Shown here: piece by piece, positions 1 through 14,824 of the stretch
How the letters are laid out: every line of letters starts with the position of its first letter
Position numbering within the stretch: position 1 is the first letter of the stretch
NCBI RefSeq assembly: GCF_009914755.1
Contig: NC_060926.1
Strand: one strand, 5' to 3'
Length of the DNA stretch: 64,000 nt
Source of the DNA: the human T2T-CHM13v2.0 reference genome, Homo sapiens
Position numbers and translations under genes: made by a program
The notes under the pieces: model-generated
Databases searched by the model: none
Seen by the model: the letters and a program-made list of their open reading frames with translations, nothing else
What the model was told of the DNA's origin: nothing

Positions 1-49
1 ACATTGTGCACATGTACCCTAAAACTTCAAGTATAATTTAAAAAAAAAG
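1..49 (+). mobile_element. 3' terminus and poly(A) of a primate L1PA element, truncated by the window edge
   Basis: ACATTGTGCACATGTACCCTAAAACTTcAAGTATAAT followed by an A-tail is the canonical L1PA 3' end. Confidence 0.92.
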
Positions 50-249
50 ATTTTTCTTCCTTATAAGAAAACCCTTAAAAAAGTAGTTTTCCCCACATCT
101 GACACAATCATTTAATTCTATGTTGAGCCTTTTAGGTTTCTAACCAGCTAAAGGCATCTGATGAGCATGACAGCAGGAAGAACAGTCAACACAGGAGCAA
201 CAGCCACAAGACAAGAAATGCATTATAGTGCTTCAATTCTTAATCTAAC

Positions 250-410
250 AGTGGTTCTCAAACTTGAGGGTGCATCATAATCTCCTGCAGAGCTTGTTAA
301 AGGGCAGGTTGCTGGACCTCACCCCCAGAGCTTCTAATTCAGTTATGTCAGGAATGGGGTCCAAGAATGTGCATGTATGTTACTTTCCCTGGCAATGCAC
401 TCTGAGAACC
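250..410. mobile_element. MER5A hAT-Charlie non-autonomous DNA transposon
   Basis: Terminal inverted repeats CAGTGGTTCTCAAACTT ... CTCTGAGAACCAC and a MER5A-like core. Confidence 0.8.
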
Positions 411-754
411 ACATCTATGCTTAGTTTTGGAAGTGAAACTCTATGTGCAACTTGTGACCAATAAATAGCCTCATTGTTTATAAAGGACTATCCTTCCTGT
501 GTGGAGTTAACAGTTCAAAACAGGCCTATTTAGTTATTTGCTAAATATAGGTCTAATCAAACATTAACTGATGATAAGATTAATTGGTAGGGCTATGCTT
601 ACTCAGAATTATAAATTTGAATTTTTGCTACATATAATTTTTAAAATTATAGCATTTATTGAGAAACTGCTATATGGCAAGAACTGTGTTACGTATTTTT
701 TTATATACAGCATTTCATTTAATTTTCATGAAAAAATCTATGATATAAATGCCA

Positions 755-895
755 CTATTACTGTATTTCCCAGTTTATAATAATAAAACATGCTTAGGAA
801 GATTAATCCACTTGCCCAAGTTCACACTTTTAATAAATGATGGAGGCAAGCTTCAGTTCAGGCAGTCTGACCCCAGAATTGGAGCTCTATTGCTT
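755..895 (-). mobile_element. MIR SINE fragment
   Basis: MIR core-like ACTTGCCCAAGTTCACAC ... CAGGCAGTCTGACCCCAGA. Confidence 0.7.
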
Positions 896-1547
896 TATAC
901 GCTATGACCTCCCGAGTAAAAAACACTGTGACTGTCAGAAATGAAAACTATAATCGCAAACTCCAGATCCAAAATGTGGATAAACAATTTATGAGATGAG
1001 CATTGGTATAGGACCACACAGGACACCAGGGCTTCTGTACCACAAGAATGTGTTATAGTTAGGTCACTACAAATTTTTAAAAAGAGAGCTTGGTATACAG
1101 AAAATCAATAGAATTGATTTGGCTATCTCTAGGTTAGGTTTCTTTGCAAAGTTTTCTCCATTTTCCTGAAATATAAAATTCAATGTTGGATGAAATTCAA
1201 TGGTGAGAGTAAAATGTGCCTGGAAATGAGAGTTAGGAAATGTTCAAAGGGCATAAATAGCTCACTCGTTTTCAAGATAACATAGAACCTGCAGTATTTC
1301 AAAGGAAAAGGCAGGGTCCCAGCAGGTGGATATAGTACACAGACATGGCATCCAGGGATAGACAAAATCAGGAGTTAATGCACCAGATGGATATCGTCAG
1401 GGAGATGTATCCACACCCATCATGTCTGGGTTTTGGCTAGAGAAAAACAGAGTAGCAGGTCTAAAACTAGAACTCTTGTCTTAGGAAACAAAACGCATAG
1501 AGATGGGATAAACCTCAACTCAGGAACAAGGGATGGAAATATAAATC

Positions 1548-2638
1548 TATCCGAGGAACCCTCCCCCAATAATTCAATGTTATTTCATATAGGTTCTTTT
1601 CTATTTCCCTAAGTGTCAGCCGGTCTGAGAAATAAAGGGAAAGAGCACAAAAGAGAGAAATTTTAAAGCTGGGTGTCCGGGGGAGACATCACATGACGGC
1701 AGGTTCCATGATGCCCCCCAAGCTGCAAAACCAGCAAGTTTTTATGAGTGATTTTCAAAGGGGAGGGAGTGTACGAATAGGGTGTGGGTCACAGAGATCA
1801 CATGCCTCACAAGGTAATACAATATTACAAAGCAAATGGAGGCAGGGCGAGATCACAGGACCACAGGACCGAGGAGAAATTAAAATTGCTAATGAAGTTT
1901 CGGGCATGCATTGTCATTGATAACATCTTATCAGGAGACAGGGTTTGAGAGCAGACAACTGGTCTGACCAAAATTTATTAGGCGGGAATTTCCTCGTCCT
2001 AATAAGCCTGGGAGTGGTATGGGAGACCGGGACTTATTTCATCCCTTATCTACAATCATAAAAGACAGACTTTCCTACAGTGGCCATTTTAGAGACCTCC
2101 CCCTAGGAACGCATTCTCTTTCTCAGGGCTGTTCCTTGCTGAGAAAAATAATTCAGCGATATTTCTCCTATTTGCTTTTGAAAGAAGAGAAATATGGCTC
2201 TGTTCCGCCAGGCTCACAGGCAGCCAGACCTAATGGTTATCTCCCTTATTCCCTGAACATCGCTGTTATCCTGTTCTTTTTTCAAGGTGCCCAGATTTCA
2301 TATTGTTTAAACACACATGCTTACGAACAATTTGTGCAGTTAACGCAATCATCACAGGGTTCTGAGGCGACATACATCCTCAGTTTATGAAGATGATGGG
2401 ATTAAGAGATTAAAGTAAAGACAGGCATAGGAAATCACAAGACTTGATTGGGGAAGTGATAAATGTCCATGAAATCTTCACAATTTATGTTCAGAGATTG
2501 CAGTAAAGACAGGTGTAAGAAATTATAAAAGTATTAATTTGGGGAACTAATAAATGTCCATGACATCTTCACAATTTATGTTCTTCTGCCATGGCTTCAG
2601 CCGGTCCCTCCATTTGGGGTCCCTGACTTCCCGCAACA
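1548..2638 (-). mobile_element. MER11 solo LTR (HERVK11/HML-8 family), full length ~1.09 kb
   Basis: Minus strand starts TGTTGCGGGAAGTCAGGGACCCC and ends GGTTCCTCGGATA; perfect 6-bp TSD TAAATC (1542-1547 / 2639-2644), typical of betaretrovirus-like ERVK. Confidence 0.93.
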
Positions 2639-5406
2639 TAAATCGTAACAAGAGGGACTGAATGAAAATAAATTAAGATTCATAGATATCTACCTGGGAA
2701 CTTATTGGCCAGCGCTAAAGTTTTTAACTGGGGTTAGGGGAAACAAGTTAGAGTTGAAATTTGCCAGAATAGAAAGACAAAACAAAATAATTAAATACTA
2801 TCAACTTGCAAGAGAACTGTAGGACTGAACTTTCAGGCTTATCTGTGGAAATTCAGAAGTTGGCAGATGATGCAGAGATGATGCAGGTGCTGACACTGTA
2901 AGCTTCCAAGAAAAACGGTAATAAGAATCACAAATAATCCAGAACCTTCTATGGAATTGGAGTACAAAACGATTGCTGGGGCAATAAGTGTATTTGAAGG
3001 TTATGAGACACTAAACTGAATTCACCTTCCAAATCTCCCAAATTTGAGATGAAATCTTCTCCAAACCCCACTGAATTGAGAGAGCAATATATCAAAGGCG
3101 GCAATTACAAAAAAAAAAAAAAAAAACGGCCTTTCAAGGATTTTGAATTCTTAGAAGTAAACTCCCTATCTTGGCTTTGGAATTAGAATGAAAGTGGGCT
3201 CCTTTATAATTTCTAGAGATAAAGCTATGGAAACACATTTTTTTAAAAAAGCATTTCAATGATTTCTATGATTCAACGATTTGAATGAGCTCATTCAAAA
3301 ACCCTGTCATGTCAAAATGATTGAGACTCACAAATCCACGTTTCTAGCCAGAGCCAGCTTTGTAGTTTGTAGTAAACAGAAATAAATCACCCAGGTTTTT
3401 TAATACTTCAATTTATATAGTAGTTCCTAATTTAAAATAAATAAATAAAAGAAATTTGGTCTTTAAAGAGTATAAGAATTTCAATCCAATGATCTTTGTC
3501 ATAGTTAAGAGCATATATGAATAGTCTATACATGTGATTTAAAGTGTGACAAAATCTTTTGGTAGAATTACATAAAGCTGCTGACCAACTCGAGATTTTC
3601 TGACATCAGGAGATGTAAGATGATTCTGTAAAAAGCCTGATCAATATGCAACCATCAATGATGGAGTATGTCATCTAATTGTTCCTGTAAGATTTGAGAA
3701 ACCAGAAGCTTAAATGGCCTCAAGAGCCCAATTTATAAGTTACATTATTGAGACTCAGGCAGATTATCTACCTCGCTTATTAGGAGACCATACAAGTTTA
3801 ATTGGAGCTATTTATATTGGGTTATTCAGAGTCTTAAGGCATTAAACAATATAACACTATTCTCATATAATATCCACATAAATGACTAGACCTAGGAAAG
3901 TCTAAGCATAGTAATTAGGATAAACAGCTGGATAGCACAACCTGAGATTCTAAACAGTGCTTCTCCGGAATCACCTAGAGGTCTTTTTCTTCTGGGAAGA
4001 TAGAATAGACATACTTTTCCCTATTTCTTCTGCCATGTGCAGGTAAAATTCCAGATATTATACATCAAACACAGGTAAACTCTGAAAAGTAAAGAGAAAA
4101 AGGGAAGAAGCTCAGGACCCAAACAACATACCAGAAAGTTTCCTGGTATTTCACTTTTTCTCATATTTCACAGACCTGGAACTGACAACCCAGAAATATT
4201 GATAGGCACAAACCAAAAAATACATATAAACATATAAACAAGCAAAAACCCACAACAAAAGCCTACTCTATTAACCAAAGAATCAAGAGAAAGAGAGACA
4301 ATCTAGGGAGATTTTTTTTTTAATTCTAGAAAATAACCACTCTACTACAGCCAAATACAACAGAAATAAACTATGGCCCTAATCCCGACCACATCAGCAA
4401 AGACCAAGTGGAGAGAGCCTAGACTTCAATCCTCATGAGGGTATGATGTGGGACCCTCCAACATTACAACTGGGATAATGAAAGTGAAGGCCAAGCAGGA
4501 AGCCTAGACGTTCACCCTCACCAGGCTCTAACAGGGTGCCCCAACCACCACCAAACCTTCCTGTTTCCCAGGGTACAATCAAAGAAAACCAAGGAGAAGG
4601 TCAAGACTTTCATCCCCTCCAGGTAGTAGGAAGCACTCTCCTCCTGCAATGTTGGTGGTAATCACATAGAATCCCACTCACACCCAAAAAGAACAGAGTT
4701 CCCTCAAGTGAGTGCCAGTGGAGGCCAAATGGAATGGCTGGCTGGATGACTTCTTCACTCAACAATAATAAGACAGTGCCCTCCTTCCCCGTTGGAACAA
4801 TGTTAGACACCAGCTGAAACAGATTATTTAAATAAAATCCAGAATCTCATAACAAATACCCAAAATGTACAAGATTAAATTGAATATCACTCATTATACC
4901 AACAACCAAGAAGATCTTAAATCAAATTTTTTTTAAAAAAGAATCCTAACACCAATATGAAAGAAAAGTTAGAATTATCTGAAAAAGATTTTAAAGCAAC
5001 CATCATAAAAATGCTTCAATGAGCAATTATAAACATATTTGAAACAAATGAAAGTCTCAGCAAGCAAACAGAACAAAGAAACAAGCTTTAAAAAACACCT
5101 GAAAATTTTAGAACTGAAAAATACAATAAAAAATAAAAAATATCAATGGATAGGCTCAATAGCAAATGGTGAGGGCAAAAGAAAGTATCAATAAGCTAGA
5201 AGATAGATTAATAAAGATTACTTAATTTGAACAGAGAGAAAATAGACTTAAAAAGTGAACAAAGCCTCAGAAACCTGTGAGACTATACCGAAATATGTAG
5301 CATTCATTTTTATCAGAGTTCCAGAAGAAGAGGAGAAGTAAGGCAGGATTGAAAAAGTACTTGAAGAAATGAAACTTCTCAAATTTGGCAAACAACATAA
5401 GCCTAA

Positions 5407-5889
5407 TGGAACAGAAATTTAAAAAAATTAAAGACTGTATAAGCAAAAACTCAGTTGTATATAAGAAAAGCCAATTCCCCCTAAACAAGAGAAAGGGCTG
5501 GAGTCCTTTAAAATTAACTGCCTGTTTTTCTGTGGCTACTGAGCCTTATCTCTCCCTTTCCCAGGCATTGTAAAGACCCTGTTTCTCTAGCTGTGCAGCT
5601 GTAAGGTCACTAGATAGATAAACTCAAGTCATAAAACATATTTCCTTAAAAAGTAAAAAATAATGTAATGCATGTCTCAATTAAATAACTGTTTTTGTTT
5701 CTCACTTCTGTAATACGCTTCCCCCTGCACAGATCTCCCCCAGCCCACAAAATGCTTAAAAAGTAGTTTGACTCTTTGTTCGGGGCTCAGTCCTTTGGAT
5801 GTTAACCTGACTGGGTTGGTGCACCTAAATGATTAAATAATTCCTCCTCAACTCCTCGGTCTCTCTGATTCCTTCATTATCCCACAGCA
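5407..5889 (+). mobile_element. ERV1-class solo LTR (LTR15-like) inserted in the old L1 ORF1
   Basis: TG...CA termini (TGGAACAGAAATTT ... ATTATCCCACAGCA); flanks CTAA/CTAC form a 4-bp TSD with one mismatch; L1 sequence resumes (CTACAGATTCAAGAAG). Confidence 0.78.
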
Positions 5890-6318
5890 CTACAGATTCA
5901 AGAAGATTAATTCAAGAAATTGAACTTCAAACAGGATAAAGTTAAAGAAATCCACACCAGGACACATCTTGGTGAAGCTTTTGAAAACTAAAGACAAAAA
6001 AAAAAAAAAGCTTTAAAAGAAGTGAGAGAGAAACAAAAATTTACCTAAAAGAGAAAAACAATGAAATTAATAGTATATTTCTCACAGAAATCATGTAGGC
6101 CAGAGGAAATGGTAGATTTTCCAAGTACTGAAAGAAAATAACTGCCAAGTCAGAATTCCATACACAGCAAAAATTTCCTTTGGAAATGAAGGGTAAATTA
6201 AGACATTCTCAGATGAAGGAAGACTAAGAATTTGTTGGTAGCAGACCTATCCTAAAAGAATGACTAAAGGAAGTTCTCTAAACAGGTAGAAAACCAGAAG
6301 GGAATCTTTGAGTATCAG

Positions 6319-6780
6319 TGTGTAGAGAGAATAATGGCCCACAGAGTTGAGAGACACAGATGATTATTGCCAGGCCTTGAAACCAAATGGTGTTTGTCCT
6401 TCTGGATTTCAACATTGCTTGTGGCTCTGGTTCCTTTTCCCCTTCCATTTTCTCCCGTTTTTAACAGGAATTTCTATAATTGGTATCAAATGCATGCCCC
6501 ACCTTTGTATTTTGGAGGCAGATAACTTGTTTCCTAGTTTCACAGGTCCACATATAGAGAGAAATTTCTACAAAATGAATCACACTTAGAGTCTCATTCA
6601 CACCTGATTGAAATGATTTAGATGGTGAGGATTGGGGCTTCTGAGCTGATGAGATTTAGATGACAATTTGAACTTTGGATAGATTATTCGATAGGTTGAG
6701 ACTTTGGGGGATGCTAGGGTGGGATCAATATATTTTGGATATGGATAGACATAAATCATCATGGGGGCCAGAGAAGGAAC
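6319..6780 (+). mobile_element. MaLR MLT1-int 3' internal segment, preceded by a ~25 nt LTR-start remnant
   Basis: MLT-int-like text ending in the purine tract GGGGGCCAGAGAAGGAAC directly before the LTR TG. Confidence 0.7.
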
Positions 6781-7296
6781 TGTGGCAGATAGAATAATGA
6801 CCCCTTCCCCAAAAAAAGATATCCACATGCTAATCCCTGAAACCAGTAAATATGTTACCTTATATGACAGCAAGGACTTTGTATACATGATTAAGTTAAG
6901 AATTTTGAAACAGGGAGATTATCTTGGATTAGTGAGTTGTGCTGGTTATAATCACAGCATATTAATAAGAGGAAAGCATCAAGGTCAGAGTCATATAAGA
7001 AGATGTGACAATGGAAGTAAAGCGTTAGAGAAAGAGGTTTAAAGATGTTATGATTCTCGCTTTGAAGACTAAGAAATGGTCATAAGACAAGAAATGCAAG
7101 TGGCCTCTAAAAGCTGAGAAACATAACATATTCTTCCCAGGAGCCTTCAGAAAAAAACACAGCCCTGCCAATACCTCAGTTTTCAACCGAATAAATTTAT
7201 TTCAGACTTTTGGCCTGTAGAGCTATAAGATAATAAAATTGTGCTATTTTATTCCAGTAAGTTTGTGAAGATTTATTACGATAGAAAATTAAAGCA
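6781..7296 (+). mobile_element. MLT1D-like MaLR LTR
   Basis: TGTGGCAGATAGAATAATGACCCC...ATCCACATGCTAATCCCTGAAACC...ATAAGATAATAAAATTGTG. Confidence 0.82.
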
Positions 7297-7592
7297 ATGG
7301 TAAGCAAAATTCTGTGTAAACACAATTAAATTTCCTTCTCTTCTTGAGTGCTAAATTATGTTTGATGGTTGAAACAAAATTTATAACACTATCTGCTGTG
7401 CTCCTAAATATCTGAAAGGAAATATTTAGAATACAATTAAATTCTAAACAAGGGGAAATTATGTAAAGGGCAGTAAAGGCAGTACAGCTTCTGTACGAAC
7501 TGATAAAATGGTGGCACCGGTAGACTCTGATAAATTTATATTAATTTTATATAAATATAAAATTATAAAAACACAAACTACCACAACTATCA

Positions 7593-7595
<3 letters not shown>

Positions 7596-7643
<48 letters not shown>
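7596..7643. repeat. (TA)n microsatellite, ~24 units
   Basis: Directly visible perfect dinucleotide run. Confidence 0.98.
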
Positions 7644-7648
<5 letters not shown>

Positions 7649-10600
7649 GCCCAGAGCAAACACAAAAATAGTTATATAAAGAGATATATAACTCAAAAAC
7701 TCTATAAATAAACCAAAGTGAAATTCTAAAAAAAAATGTTCAAGCAACCACATGAAGACATGTAAAGGAAAAGAGAGAAGCCAAAAATAAAGAATAGTCT
7801 GAAAACAAAAATTAAAACAGCATAATTAAATCCTAATGTATCAATAATTACATTAAATGTAAACAGTCTAAATATACCAATTAATAGGGATTGACAAAGT
7901 AGGTAAAACAAAAATAAAACCACTATATGCTATGGATTTCTGTGGAAATTCACTTCAAATTTAATTATATACACAGGTCAAAAGTGAAAGAATGGAAAAA
8001 GATGTACCATTAACCAAAGGTAAGCATGAATGGCTATATTAATATAAGATAAAGTAGACCTTAAAGCACAGAAAATTACCTAAGACAGAGTGAGATATTA
8101 CATAATAAAAATGTCAAGCCATCAAGAAAACATAGCAATCTTAAATTTAAGTATGTATCAAACAAGACAGCTGTAAAACACGTGAAATAAAAACTGACAG
8201 AACCAAAAGGAAAAGCACACAAATCCACAGTTTTAGTTGGAGATAACATCCGTCTCTCAGCATCTGAAAGAACAGCTAGACAGAAAATTAGCAAGGATAT
8301 AGAAGATCTCAACAACACCATCAACCAATGGTATCTAATCAATATTTATAGATCACTCCACCCAACAAAAGCAGAAAACACATTATTTTCTAATGACCAT
8401 GGCCCGTAAGCCATATACTGGGCCATAAAACAAACTTTAACATATTTTTAAAAATTAAAATTATGCAAATTGTGTTGACTGGTGCAATAAAATCAAATGA
8501 AAAATGAACAAAAGAAAGATAACAGAAAAAGTTTGAAACACGTGAAAACTAAACAGCACATTTATAAATAATTCATAAGTAAAAAAGAAGTCTCAAAGAA
8601 ACTGAAAAAATACATTGAACTGAATGAAAATGAAAATATAACATATCAAAGTTTGTTAAAGCAGTACTGACAGCCAAATTAATAAACTAAGTGCATATAG
8701 TAGAAAACAAAAAAGTCTCAAATCCATAACTTAAGAGCCTGAAAACAGAAAAGTAAAATAAACCCAAAGTAAACAGGAAGGAAAATATAATAAAGATAAA
8801 GATAAGGGCAGAAATCAATTAAATTGGAAACAGAATATCAATAGAAAAAGAAAAATAGTTTATTTCTTGAAAAGAACAGTAAAATTGGTAAACCTCTAGC
8901 AATAACGACAAAGAAAAAAAAGAGAAAACACAAATTTCCAGTATCAGAAATGAAATAGGATATCACTACAGACCCTGCAGACATCCAGACATCAAAAAGA
9001 ATCTCTAAGGGAACTAAGGGAACACTACAAACAACAATATGTGCATAAATTTTGCAACTTAGATGAAATGAACGAATTCCTTTAAAAACACAACCTACCA
9101 CGACATACCCAATATGAAAGAGACCGTTTGAATAACCCTGTAACTTTTGAGGAAATTGAATTCATAATCCAAATATTTACAAAAAAGGAATCTCCATGCC
9201 CAGATGTTTTCACCAGAAAATTCTACCAAATGTTTAAGAAAGATTCTACACAATCTCTTTCAGAACCTAGAAGAGATATTAACACTTCCCAATTTATCTT
9301 AGGAAGTTAGCATTACCCTTTTATCAAAATCAAACGAGGACAATACCCAAAAAAGAAAACTTCAGACCAATATCCCTCATAGATTTAGATGCCAAAACTC
9401 TTAACATAACACTGGCAAATAGAATGTAGCAAAATATAAAAAGAATTAGATATTATAACCAAGTGGAGTTTATAGCAGGGATGCAAGGCTGACTCAATAT
9501 GTGAAAACTAATCGATATAATCTGCCATATAAACAAGCTAAAGACAAAAAAATCACAATGATCATATCAACCAGTGAAGAAAAATTATTGCACAAAATTC
9601 ACTATCCATTTATAATAAAAACTAAAAAATAGGAGTAGAGGGGAACCTCATTTCCCTAGGAGAGAGGAAGAGCATTTACAACAAACATTATCCTTAATGG
9701 TGCAAGACTGACTGCTTTCTTCCCAAGATGAAGAACAATGTAAGAATGTCTGCTCTCACCACTCTTCTTCACTGTAGTATTGGAAGTTCTAACCATTATA
9801 TTAAGTCAAAGAAAAGGAAATAAAAGGTGTACAGATTGGAAATAAATAAAATTGTTCACATTTGCAAATGACATGATTGTCTATACAGAGAATTCCAAGG
9901 AATCTACTAAACGTTAAAAATGCCCTGACATTAATGAGTTCAGGAAGATCACAGGATACAGAATAATCATACAAAACTCAATTGCTTGTATACATACTAG
10001 CAATGAACACATGGAAAAGGAAATTTAAAATATAATGCCACTCACAGTCACTAAAAATAATAAATACTTAGGTATAAATCTAAATAAATATGTACAGGAC
10101 TTGTATGCTGGAAAGTACTAAACGCTGATGAAAGAACTAAAATAAATGTAAATAAATAGAAAGATATAATATATTCATGGACGGAGAGACTGAGCATCAT
10201 AAAGATGTCCATTTTCCCAAAATTGAGGTGTAGATATAAGGCAATTCCTCTAAAAATCTCAGCAAGATTTTTTTTGTAAATATAGATAATATTATTCTAA
10301 AATTTATATGGAAAGGCAAAGGAACTAGAATGGCTAAAACAATTTGGAAAAGGAGATTAAAGTGGGAGGAATCCATTTACCAGCAAGATTTATTATATAG
10401 CTACAGTAATCATGACTGTGAGGTATTGTCAGAGAGTTAGACACATAGATCAATGGAGCAAAATAGAAAACCCAGAGACAGACCCATACAAATATATTCA
10501 ACTGATTGTTGACAAAGGTGCAAAAGCAATTCAGCTGAGGAAATATATCCTTTTCAATAAATGGAGCTGGAGCAATTGGACATCTAGAAGAAGAAAAAAA

Positions 10601-11270
10601 ATTAATCTAAGTTTCATCCTATATATAAAAATTAATTCAAAGGGATCACAGGCTTAATGAAAAAAGTACAACTATAAAACTTTTAGTAAAAACATACGAG
10701 AAAATGTTCAGGATCTAGTGCTAAGCAAAAGTTCTTAAATCTAACACCAAATGCAAAAGCTATTTTTAGAAAAGTTAATAGATTGAATTTCATCAAAATG
10801 GACAACATTTGTTCATAAAAGACACTGGAAAGAGAATGAATGGACAAGGTACAGTGTAGGAGAAAATACGTGCAAGCTACATATCTAAGAAAAGGCTGCT
10901 ATTTACAATACATAAAGAACATTCAAAACATCCAATTAGAAAATGGGCAAAAGACAAGAAGAGGTATTTCACCAAAGGGGATATACAGTTGACAAACACA
11001 TGACAAGAAACTCAACATCTACCCTAAGAGAAATGCAAACTAAAACCACAATGAAATGTCACTACATACTTCAGAATGGCTAAAATTAAAAGTTAGTAAT
11101 AGCACCTTATGCTAGTAAGGATGGGAAGAACTGGATCACTTACACATTGCTGGTGAGAATGTAAAGCAGTACAAGCACTCTGGAAAAGTTTAGTAGTTTA
11201 TTTTTTAAAACTAAACTTGCGACTACCATACTACCTAGCAACTGCACTCCTGAGCATTCATATCAAAGAA

Positions 11271-11975
11271 CACAGAGACCACCTCACACTCATTAGGACA
11301 GCTACTGTCAAAAAAACAGAAAATTACAAGCGTTGGCAAGGATGTGGGGAGATTTGAACTCTTGTGAACTATCAGAAGAAATGTAACACAGTGGAAAAAA
11401 CATAATGGTGGTTTCTCAAAAAACGTTCAAATGGAATTATATGATTTATCAATTCTACTTCTGGGTATATAACCAAAACAAATGAAAATAGTATCTCAAA
11501 GAAATATTTTACACCTATATTCATAATAACATTATTCATAATAGCCAAAAGGTGAAAGCCAACCAAGTGTCCATTGACAGACAATGGATAAATATGTGGT
11601 GTATACATACCACAGAACATTATTCAGACTTTAAAGGAAGGAAATTCTGACACATGCTACAACATGAATGAACCTTAAGGACATTGTGCTAAGTGAAATC
11701 AGCCAGTCACAAAAGACAAATGCTGTATTATTCCACTCATATGAAATACTTAGAAGAGTCAAATTCATAGAGACAAAAAGTAAAATGGTGGTTTCCAGGG
11801 GCTGGGGTAAGGGGAGAATCAGGAATTGTTTAATGGATATAGTTTCAGTTTTGCAAGATGAAAAGAGTTCCAGAAACGGGTTATACAACTATGTGAATGT
11901 ACTGAGCACTACCGAAATGTATATTTAAAAATGGATAAGATGGTAAATTTTATGTTATGTGCATCTCACCATAAT
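11271..11975 (+). mobile_element. L1MB-type 3' end (5'-truncated), abutting the L1MC-like element
   Basis: ORF2 C-terminal region restarts (CACCTCACACTCATTAGG) and ends with the L1MB 3' UTR AAAATGGATAAGATGGTAAATTTTATGTTATGTG. Confidence 0.8.
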
Positions 11976-11999
11976 TGTTTGAAATAAAAGAACATAGAC

Positions 12000-12535
12000 C
12001 TCTACTGCTGTTTCCTCAGCTTTGGGAGTCCCCAGTGGCTCCACCACAACCTCTGTTGCCCTATGACCTGAAGATACTGGGAGATCTGCAGGGAAGAGAC
12101 TGGGACACCCCACAAGCCAGGAAACGATATGGGACAGACAGGATCAAAAGTCATCCCTCCACCCACCTAAAATAAATGCATATTTGACTGCTTCGTCTAC
12201 TCTGTGTTTACTTTATCTTAAGTAAAAATGCAGATTCACTGAATGTGAGACAAATCAGTAATTGACTATTACTCTACACTTTCTGTTTACATGTAAAATG
12301 TAGATTTAGTGAACACAGCTCAAAACCTCAAAAGAATGCAACTGCTTGCCCTTTTTTTCTACTCTCCCACTTTTTTTTCTGTCCTCTTTCCCCTACTGCC
12401 CACTATTTCCCCTCTAAATACTGAAGTCCCCAGACCCTCTTCGGAAAAAGCATTAATCACAGATGTTCCTGTGGTTTGTTTCTTTTTCCTGGGCACCTCC
12501 TCAACCTCAGCAAAATAAACCTCTAAGTTGATTGT
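12000..12535 (+). mobile_element. MER34-like ERV1 LTR (degraded)
   Basis: AAAATGCAGATTCACTGA repeats, TAAATACTGAAGTCC, GGAAAAAGCA..ACAGAT, AAAATAAACCTCTAA. Confidence 0.65.
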
Positions 12536-12923
12536 GGGGGGGATGGGAGAACATACAAAAAATATAATATTTGTACAAGAGCCAGAAGTAAACCTAAAGG
12601 GACCGAGGGACCTCTATCTGGTACTTTATTAAAAAGTCATTACCATTTCCTTGCACAATTATAAGAAAAATAAAATGCGAAGAGTTAGGGAAGGTGTTAA
12701 ATAGAGAATTTTTATAAAACTTCTCTTAAAATCTTTCAACATTTTTTAATGAAGCCATTTAGCCATTAAAAAAAAGTGATATAAAAAAGTTGTATCCATG
12801 GTTAGAGTTAAGACGGTTTTATTAAATTCCTGTTCAAGACATTTTAATGGTGATCTCTATAAATTCTTGATGGACACCATCAATGAGAAACTGTTCTTAC
12901 TGTTCTTACTAGTAGGTGATTTA

Positions 12924-14824
<1,901 letters not shown>

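Larger units (their letters stand above)
3988..11270 (+). mobile_element. Ancient near full-length L1M (L1MC-like): 5' region, decayed ORF1 and ORF2, interrupted by LTRs
   Basis: A-rich L1 sense strand; ORF1 remnants ~4950-6290; ORF2 remnants, e.g. ORFs 9128..9310 and 10412..10657 (HIDQWSKIENPETDPYKY) and RT motif TTTGCAAATGACATGATTGTC near 9861. Confidence 0.85.

Noticed and set aside
2410-2585. ~85-bp internal direct repeat (GTAAAGACAGG...AAATGTCCATGA.ATCTTCACAATTTATGTTC)
   Set aside because: Known built-in feature of the MER11 LTR, not a locus-specific event or a CRISPR-like array.
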